From NCBI GenBank assembly GCA_024231215.1, contig JAAEQR010000003.1, positions 22,660 to 86,659 on the forward strand: a DNA stretch of 64,000 nucleotides, in the 5' to 3' direction. This stretch comes from PVC group bacterium (lineage in GTDB: Bacteria > Omnitrophota > Gorgyraeia > B26-G9). The notes below the pieces were generated by a model. It was given only the letters and a program-made list of their open reading frames with translations, searched no databases and was not told where the DNA came from. A program made the position numbers and the translations under genes. How positions within the stretch are numbered: the stretch's first letter is position 1; the number at the start of each line of letters is the position of its first letter. Below, piece by piece: positions 44,481-52,400 of the stretch.

Positions 44481-46349
44481 ATGCTATCCAAACGAATAAT
44501 AAAAGTTGTTGCAGTTGTTATTATCCAGATGTTTTTATTTATGGATTTTGCCTGGGCAGCGGATTGTCTAAGTCCTTCTTTGAATTTTAGCGGAACTCAA
44601 TTTTCCTCTCATTACAATATTATTTCTGAGGCAATTAAGATTTTTGAAGAATTAGAAGGAGCTCAGGAACAATTTGTTATCAAATCAGGTGATAATTATT
44701 TTTACGTTTATAATCCTAATAATGCTTCAAAAACATTATTAACAAATGCAGAAGTTATTATTAATAATGAAGACGTAGCAGTTGCTTTATTGGGTGATTT
44801 TAAATACCAGAAGACAGAAAAGAAGCTAGTAGAGCCGGTGAAAAATGTAAATATTATTACGGATTTATATTCAGTTCAGCAATGGCGTTCAATATTTGAA
44901 ATGATTATTCACGGGGTTGGTCCGAATAAACCAGGATATTCTCGGGACTATATCCCGCATGTCAAACGATGGTTTAGGCTTCTTTTTAAACAGATAACTG
45001 GGGTAGAGCCTCCAGCTGAAGCTGTTTATTTTTTCGAGGCAGTATATGCGGATGTTGTTACTAGCCGGGTTAATCCTATGGTAAAAAAATACAATAAAGA
45101 AGAAGAGCGTTATGGGGTGCGTGAAATAGAATTAACTCAAAAGGCGATAGGTAATTTTGCGGCAACGCCCTACGCATACATGGATGCAGGTGTTAGAGAA
45201 GAGATGTATAAAAAATTAGATGCGGTTTTAGCAGAGATAGTAGAGATAGCTCTAGCTCAAGGAGCGACTGGCGATTGGCCGACAGCATTAAATGCAATAA
45301 TGCACAGCCAGGGAACGGTCACCGGAACTGAATGGATCCAGGACCGATTAGAAAAAGGAATGTGGCCGGATGTATTGCAGACAGATAAAATAATATTAAT
45401 TGGTGGGGTGTTATGGCTCAAATCAATTCTTAGAAGCAGACCTTTAAGTGATCCTTTAAGAGTTCAAAAATTTGGAGGAATGATTGTAAATATTAAAGAC
45501 CCGCAAGATGCAATTGGAAGATTTTTAAGGCTATTGAGCCCTGAATTTGCGGATGCGATATTTGCTGATGGGTATCTTAATGTGGGAAGTTTTTTAAACC
45601 CATTATCACATACAATTGCTTCTCATACTAAGTATTGGAATAGTCGTAGAATCGCTAAAATCAAGGCAATGATGCTTGTATTTAGCGCATTAAGGCAGAA
45701 TCCCGCGTGGTTAACCAAATACGGACGCAAGTCTTTAGATATTAATGCAGCAGAAACTGAATTCAGAAGAGATCTTCTAAAATTACTTAGAAGTGACTTA
45801 TCCTCCTTGCCCCAGCATGATCCGGAACTTATTGGGCCGGGGTATAAATTTGTGTCTAATGATGAGAATGAGGCTACGGGAGGTATCTTTGTTTTAAATG
45901 AAGCGGCTGAAAAAATTGGATTTTATGCGGACAATAAAACAGTTGCTGCAAATAATGATATCATTGAGCCGATCAAAGCAAAAGTTAAATTTACAAAAAA
46001 TCTTACAGCTAAAGTAGAAGAGTTAAATAAAATCACTCCGGATAGAGCAAATAACCAGGGGTATATGATGATTAATTCTTTGAATCAGGAAGCGGCGAAT
46101 CAAATTAGAGACAAAATTAAAGAAATCAGTTTATTTGTAGAACAGTTTCAGGGTGCAGATACACGGGAGCTTGCTGTACGGATTAAGGAAGTGCAGGATT
46201 TAGCTAGACAGAATATGGACATTTCTAAATTAGATGAAATTAAAGTAAAAATGCAGAATTTGCTTAGTACTACTATAAAGTCAATTGAAGTTTGTAAGCC
46301 TGCTTCAGGGCAGAGTTCAATTATTGCTGCAATCAGTATATCAATATAA
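44481..46349 (+). CDS. Tagged-family member 5: 622-aa protein of unknown function
   Basis: Leader VVIIQMFLFMDFAWA, CLSPSLNFS box, C-terminus IAAISISI. I recognised no catalytic motif. Confidence 0.8.
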   Translation: MLSKRIIKVVAVVIIQMFLFMDFAWAADCLSPSLNFSGTQFSSHYNIISEAIKIFEELEGAQEQFVIKSGDNYFYVYNPNNASKTLLTNAEVIINNEDVAVALLGDFKYQKTEKKLVEPVKNVNIITDLYSVQQWRSIFEMIIHGVGPNKPGYSRDYIPHVKRWFRLLFKQITGVEPPAEAVYFFEAVYADVVTSRVNPMVKKYNKEEERYGVREIELTQKAIGNFAATPYAYMDAGVREEMYKKLDAVLAEIVEIALAQGATGDWPTALNAIMHSQGTVTGTEWIQDRLEKGMWPDVLQTDKIILIGGVLWLKSILRSRPLSDPLRVQKFGGMIVNIKDPQDAIGRFLRLLSPEFADAIFADGYLNVGSFLNPLSHTIASHTKYWNSRRIAKIKAMMLVFSALRQNPAWLTKYGRKSLDINAAETEFRRDLLKLLRSDLSSLPQHDPELIGPGYKFVSNDENEATGGIFVLNEAAEKIGFYADNKTVAANNDIIEPIKAKVKFTKNLTAKVEELNKITPDRANNQGYMMINSLNQEAANQIRDKIKEISLFVEQFQGADTRELAVRIKEVQDLARQNMDISKLDEIKVKMQNLLSTTIKSIEVCKPASGQSSIIAAISISI

Positions 46350-46363
46350 AGGAAGGTAAAAAT

Positions 46364-49183
46364 ATGTTATCTAAGAGATTCGTAAAAATTATTTCAATTG
46401 TAATCATTCAGGCATTTTTGGTTTTGGACTTTGCCTGGGCCATGGGGCCTGATGCCAGATTTTTTGATGCCGGAGCACAGGAATATCTTGCTCCGACATT
46501 AACTATTAACAGCGCGCCGATTCAGGCAACTTTGCAAAATATGATGGCGCGTGAGAAATCACTTCAGGATGTTATTGATTTTGGCAAAGAAGAAAAAACA
46601 GAATTCTTTGCCGGGTTATCTAAAGAAGAAAAAATAAAACAGCTTGAACAATGGATGGCTGCGTCTTTTGAAGGCGGCGGACCCAAAGGCGCTTATGAAG
46701 CAGGGATTGGACAACTGTTTATGGAGTCATGGATGCATTTGAAAAACCAGGGCAAGGAAGATGTTACCGGGTTTGATGTTATCGGGGGTAACTCCGCAGG
46801 TGCAATTAATGCTTTGTTTTTTAGTTTAGCAATAATGTATGATCCGACTTTTGTTAAATATAATGAAATTACCTGGGTAAAACATTTAAATTTAAAGAAT
46901 TTATTAGAACCGGGCCAAAATTATAATCCTAAGAACGCAGTTTTTTCCAGCCAAATAATAGATCGCGCAATAAAAGCCATAGAGCAAAAGTTGGAAGAGT
47001 GTAAGAATAACGACAAGACTCTTTCTTATGCTCCGGAAGAGATAAGAGTTGTTTTTTCAGTAACCAATCTTAGTGGAACTCCTTATTGGGATGAAGTGAA
47101 GAATCTTCTGGATGGTAAAAAAGGTATTAGATATGACCACCAGGGGAAAATCCATTTTACAATTAAAAAGAAAGACCGCTACAGTCCTGAGACTATGGAA
47201 ATGCTTACATTGATGATGAAAGTTGCGGTAGCTTCAGCATCAATTCCAATTGTTTTTGAAGCGCGAAAAATAGCTCAGTCAGTTAGAGCTTATCCTGGCA
47301 GCATTTTGGCAAACATGGCTGTGAAAGCCGGGAAATGGCTTACCGAAAAAATCACATCAATTTTTGTCGATGGAATGCTTGTAGACAACAAGGCGATAAA
47401 AACAGTAGCAAAGCTAGCTAGGAAGAAGGATATTGAAGAGGGAATGCTGAACAGCAATTTGCGCAATAGATTGCAAGTGGCTATTTCACCGAATGTAATA
47501 GATGATACCGAAGGAGAAAGATTTGATAAACAGGATATCCCTTCTGTTGCTATGAAGAGCCTTAGTGCGGTTATGGCGCAAGTTCTTTATCAGAATGAAA
47601 AGATTGATGAGATAAATAAGAAAAACACGCTGATTACGCATTTCATACAGGATATACAGAAACAGGCTGAAAAAGTAAAGCGTTATAAATGGAGTAAGAA
47701 GCGACTAAAGCAGGAGATTGATGAGTTATTATTCGGATCAAGTTACAGTCTTATTAAACGCAAAAGTGAAAATAGAGCCAAAAGACACATTCTAAAGGAA
47801 ACAGGAAAAGAAGTGGAATATGAAGCGACCAAGGATGAAGTAGCCTGGTATATAAAAAGAAATAAAGAACGTGTAATCAGGCAGCGTTTGCTGGCCAACG
47901 GAATTATTACCGAAGCACAGCTTAACAGTCAGGATGAACGGGATAAATTGTTTATTGATTACTTGGCACTTTTTACGTTTGTCGAGGAATGCGGTCGTGA
48001 TTTAAGAGGCAGGGAAGAAGTATACGTACATCAGATTGCGCCAACTAAGCATCCTTTGGCATCTGATCTCTTGCTCGGGTTTTTGAGTGAGGATGTCAGG
48101 CAGGCTGATTTTAATCAGGGATATGAAGATGCACGATTGGCATTGGAGGCGCTTTTAGGTGTGGATCTTTCTGGTTTGCGCCGGCAGGAATCGGTTCAGC
48201 AGACGGAAGGTTATCAGTTTGCTTATAGCAATGTTTCTTTGACAGAAAGAAAAGAAATAGTAAATATGCTTATTGCCAGAGCAAAACTTATTGTTAAAAC
48301 TATCTTAAGCAAAAAACATTCGTCCTTGGTGGGTAAAATATTCGCTCAGCCGGGGATTGTGGGAAGAAATATTCTGCTTAGTGGTGCTTTAATATTTGTT
48401 AAAAAAATGCTGGCAAAACAATTTCATATTCCTCAGGATGAAAAAAATGCTAAAGCAAGAAGAGTCGAGTCTTTAAAGCTAAATATGCGTAATAATATTT
48501 TATATAAAGAGAATGAACTTTATAATTTAAAGGAAACAAAAGCAAGGCTGGAGCAAATAGCTAATTCTAAGAAGCCGGTTGCAGTTATTGTAGGTAGTGA
48601 TTTAGAAACTTCATTTGAGGCAATGTCTGTGATTAGTAGGTATAGAAAAGATATTACTATTCTTAAAGCACCACATGGAGAGACCCCTGGACAAGCTTTG
48701 CGAACAAGTTATACAAAAGGAAAAGAGACTATTGATTTACATAAATCTACCCAATATAACAGAGATGTTATTTTAAAAACTTTTATTTTAAATTCAGGAA
48801 TTTTAATTAGTACTAAAAAGATGCTGGATAAATATTCTCGAATTGGAGGTAATTACAAAATTACAGAATTGGGGGAAAAAGCAGAAGCCGAGTGGGCAAC
48901 AATTATTAATAATAAAGAACATATAATTATATTGGGAGAGACCCCGGAACAATTAAAACCGATATTAAAGGATAAGGATGTATTAGAAATAGAGACAGCA
49001 AAGCATAGGAAGGCTTTGAATAGAAAAATCCCCTTTGTCGGCAGGAATGTTTGGGAGAAATATTTTGGCAAAGATAAGCAAGCTAAAACACGTAATTTAC
49101 TGGACCTTCGTTATGTACCTAGTTTTGGTGGATATAAACAACCATTGATGATGCATAATAATCTGGTGAATATAGCAATTTAA
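46364..49183 (+). CDS. Tagged-family member 6: 939-aa patatin-like phospholipase with a long C-terminal extension
   Basis: FEGGGPKGAYEAG (oxyanion GGGxxG), GGNSAGA (GxSxG) and VDGMLVDN (catalytic Asp region). Leader VIIQAFLVLDFAWA, YLAPTLTIN box, C-terminus NLVNIAI. Confidence 0.85.
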   Translation: MLSKRFVKIISIVIIQAFLVLDFAWAMGPDARFFDAGAQEYLAPTLTINSAPIQATLQNMMAREKSLQDVIDFGKEEKTEFFAGLSKEEKIKQLEQWMAASFEGGGPKGAYEAGIGQLFMESWMHLKNQGKEDVTGFDVIGGNSAGAINALFFSLAIMYDPTFVKYNEITWVKHLNLKNLLEPGQNYNPKNAVFSSQIIDRAIKAIEQKLEECKNNDKTLSYAPEEIRVVFSVTNLSGTPYWDEVKNLLDGKKGIRYDHQGKIHFTIKKKDRYSPETMEMLTLMMKVAVASASIPIVFEARKIAQSVRAYPGSILANMAVKAGKWLTEKITSIFVDGMLVDNKAIKTVAKLARKKDIEEGMLNSNLRNRLQVAISPNVIDDTEGERFDKQDIPSVAMKSLSAVMAQVLYQNEKIDEINKKNTLITHFIQDIQKQAEKVKRYKWSKKRLKQEIDELLFGSSYSLIKRKSENRAKRHILKETGKEVEYEATKDEVAWYIKRNKERVIRQRLLANGIITEAQLNSQDERDKLFIDYLALFTFVEECGRDLRGREEVYVHQIAPTKHPLASDLLLGFLSEDVRQADFNQGYEDARLALEALLGVDLSGLRRQESVQQTEGYQFAYSNVSLTERKEIVNMLIARAKLIVKTILSKKHSSLVGKIFAQPGIVGRNILLSGALIFVKKMLAKQFHIPQDEKNAKARRVESLKLNMRNNILYKENELYNLKETKARLEQIANSKKPVAVIVGSDLETSFEAMSVISRYRKDITILKAPHGETPGQALRTSYTKGKETIDLHKSTQYNRDVILKTFILNSGILISTKKMLDKYSRIGGNYKITELGEKAEAEWATIINNKEHIIILGETPEQLKPILKDKDVLEIETAKHRKALNRKIPFVGRNVWEKYFGKDKQAKTRNLLDLRYVPSFGGYKQPLMMHNNLVNIAI

Positions 49184-49215
49184 GTGACAAGTTACGAGTG
49201 ACAGGTGAGAAGTTA
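49184..49215 (+). repeat. Short tandem AGTGACARGT-type motif block immediately after the stop codon
   Basis: GTGACAAGTTAC (49184-49195), GTGACAGGTGAG (49198-49209) and AAGTTA (49210-49215). A related block occurs at 60734-60778. Confidence 0.4.
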
Positions 49216-49217
49216 AT

Positions 49218-49255
49218 GCCCCCCTTCCGGGAATATCCGGGAGGGGGTTTTTGTT
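49218..49255 (+). terminator. Strong intrinsic terminator
   Basis: GC-rich stem ccccccttccgg / ccgggaggggg (about 11 bp) followed by tttttgtttt. Confidence 0.9.
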
Positions 49256-49380
49256 TTGTACTCGTATAGTTTGGCAATCATCCATCGCTATGTGGCGCTT
49301 AAGCCGCAGCGCATCTTTAACTCTCTGCGAATAAAACACTTAAATCTTCCATTTTTTTATAATAAAATCCCTTCTAGCTA

Positions 49381-49409
49381 TTGAAAAAAGCCAAATCATA
49401 TGGTATACT
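49381..49409 (+). promoter_or_regulatory. Cluster promoter P5 (TTGAAA-17 nt-TATACT)
   Basis: TTGAAA at 49381-49386 and ATATGGTATACTTTACC, with the hexamer at 49404-49409. Confidence 0.65.
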
Positions 49410-49475
49410 TTACCGATTTTATTTATCATTTTTTAGCAACTTTTTAAAGTGTATTTAAGAAAGAAGGAGTTTTTT

Positions 49476-52400
49476 ATGTTATCGACGAAAAATAATCAAA
49501 AAATTGGTTTCAAATTAATATCTTTTGTTCTTATCCAGGCTTTTCTTTTAATGAATGTTTCCGGTGCCTTTGCCGGACTGGCTGTGGCTCAAAACAGCGT
49601 GGAAAATCAAACTACACTCGCTCCGAATATTGCGATCAGCCATAATGCTTTGCAAGGCATGTTTATGGTTGAACAAGCTCCGGTGATCAAAGTGCCGGAA
49701 AGTTTAATCGACGTAGATTATTTTATGAAGACAGTACGTCGGGCATACTTGACTCGCAAGGTTAATGCTGTGAAAAAAGCTGAAGATTTAGAAACTGCGA
49801 TGCTGGGGATCGTGGAAAAGTATACATCTGCGGATACTGATAAAGTGCGTAGTGCGATCATTACTAAAGTTCGCAAGGCTGGTAAAGAACTTCCTATATA
49901 TAAAGAAGTGGAAAAAATGCTGACTAAAAAGTCTCTGCATATGGAAATGATAAAACATGTGCTTAAGAAAAAACAACTTGGTGAAAAGGTATTTACGGCT
50001 AATAGTGCTGGTGAGTTGTTGAAAACTTTTGGCGTGGATGAAGAGACGCAGCAGCAGGCAATAAATGATGCTAAGCAGACAATAGGTCTTGGTGTAAAAC
50101 TTACCCGTAAAGAACTCAAAAACATTTTAACCCAGATTCCAAGTAAAGAAAAAATTCCCTCTTTGGCTATAGAATATCTGGATAATAAATACAAAATTAA
50201 AGAATGGTGGGGGGTGCAGCTATTTAAAGGAATATGGATGTGTAAGATCGGACAAATGTCTTGGCCGGTGTTAGGGGTGAAAATAGTTCGCTTTGTAAAA
50301 GAGAATGATTTGCTTTCTAAATTCTGGGGAAAGTTTGTGGCTTGGTGGGAAGGCTCATTTAAAAGTTTTATTATTAACTATATAAAAGGAATAAAATTCC
50401 AGTATTCCCAGGGCTCAGGGTATAATTTCGAAACAGCGCGTAACTGGCTTGATACTTTACTTCGTCTTTATATAGATAAATCTGATCGTGAGGATGCTGA
50501 GATTGACCAGGCGCAGACAAGAGAATATATATTTGACCAAATGCGAAAAAAAGGGATTGTTCCGGAAGAGTATAAGCTTTTATTTGCGTCAATGGTTTCA
50601 AAACAGCCTGTGCCTGAAAACATCGAAGGCTTTGCTAAGACAGCAAGTGAAAAGAGATTAACAAATGAAGATATAAAAAAATTGACAATTATGCTTGATA
50701 AGGTAATTGACCGGGCAGAAATCGCGATTTCTCAATACGAATTATCAGGAAATTCCCGGACAGATGAAAAAGCCTGGGATATGCTGGATAAGCGTTTTGA
50801 AGTATATTTAAGCGTGGTTGAGAAACCGTTAATTACGGTGTTTGATATGTGTTCTAAATATCGCATTATCAGTGATATGGTATTTATGATGTTTAAAAAT
50901 TCAGGACTGCTGCTAGAGAATGACAAATATTTATTTAGCCGGATAGGCGATAAAAATATATTTGAAGATGTAAAAATACAGATCAGAGAAAGAATAGAGG
51001 ATAACCGGAAAATATTATCCGGGAAATTAGACAAAAACGATTACACCATAACTACAGCTGGCAACAACCTTAAAATAATTCTCCAGTATATTCTAATGAT
51101 AAAGCAGACAGCTTTTGCAGATGGAAAAGTTGATTTATATGAAGCTAAAAACTGGTTTGGTAAGTTATTTGATTTTTATAAGCAAAGTACTCCTGAATCT
51201 CGCAGGGATATTATTAAAAGACTGAAACGCGCGGAATTGATCCTCAGCGATAAAGATGAAGCATTGTTTAGTGAGTTGCTGAAATCAAAGCCGGGAGTTA
51301 CTGAAAAAATTATTATTGCCATGACTAAAAATGTAAAGACAAAGAGAGCCGGGGAGTCGAAAAGACAGAAATTGATAAAACAGATTCTAAGCGATAAATA
51401 TAGATATGTCTCCAAAATAAACGCACAGGTATCTGATGAGACTGTATTAAAATCAGTAGATAAAAAAGAATTAATCGGAGTTATCGATAGGTTTGTGCGG
51501 GCGCAAAACCTGATTATGGAAGCGGATAAGGTATACCTGGCCGCGGCAACCCCAGAAGAATATGCAGTCGCAGGGGAGATATTAGAAGATGTCCTAAGTA
51601 TTTATAAACTGACGAAATATCGTATGGAACGAAATATTATTTTTAAAATGCTGATAGAGGCAAGATTAGTAACGCGTGAACATAAAGGATTATTTGATTT
51701 GCTATATGCAGGTTCTGCAACCGCAGTCGAAGATATTAAAGATGCAGTTACGGCTCAAGTACAACAGCGCAAAAAAGATTTGGAAGAGTCTTTTATTGAA
51801 ATTCGTGAAGCTGTGAATAAGTCAGTAGAGCTTTATGAGAAAGCTGCGGAGTTATCTAAGGAGCAGATTGATGAATTTCTTAATGAAAAAATGGCTAAAG
51901 TTATAAGTGATTTTACCCAGGAGTATTCGTTTGAACAGGTATTAGAGAGTATCCGAAGGATGGAGACAGGAGAAAAAATAGATTTCTTAGTTGATTTATA
52001 TGAAGACGATAAAGCTAGGCCTGATCAAAAGAAAAGAATATTTGAGATATTAAAAGAAGTGGGATTGCTGGATGGTTTTTGGGTAAATGTTCACAATTTT
52101 TTCAGTAAGCTTGGGCTTACTAAGCGTTTTGCTGCAATTAAGGAACGTTTAAAAGAAACGATCCTGGGTAAAGTTTACTCTGTGCTAGGTGAAAAGAAGC
52201 TGAAGCTCGGGGGGCAGGCTATAGTTTATGCGAAGGCAGCTCAGGCTTTGGATCCGGCGTTAAAGATATATGTCAAAGAACCTTTAGCCAGGCAATTTAT
52301 AACTGAGAGACTGGAAGCGGCAAATTTAATTGATAATTCGATTCAGATGAAGGCAATGTTCTGGTTCTTAGCCGGAGCTAAGCCGTTTGAACCAACTAAT

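Noticed and set aside
44297-44590. Two small ORFs (minus strand 44297-44491 and + strand 44399-44590) in the P4 promoter and leader region
   Set aside because: They overlap the conserved promoter and leader and the true start of the 622-aa gene. Neither has independent support.
49097-49339. A minus-strand 80-aa ORF covering the patatin gene 3' end, the motif block and the terminator
   Set aside because: Its sequence is simply the reverse reading of the repeat block and the GC hairpin. There is no coding evidence.
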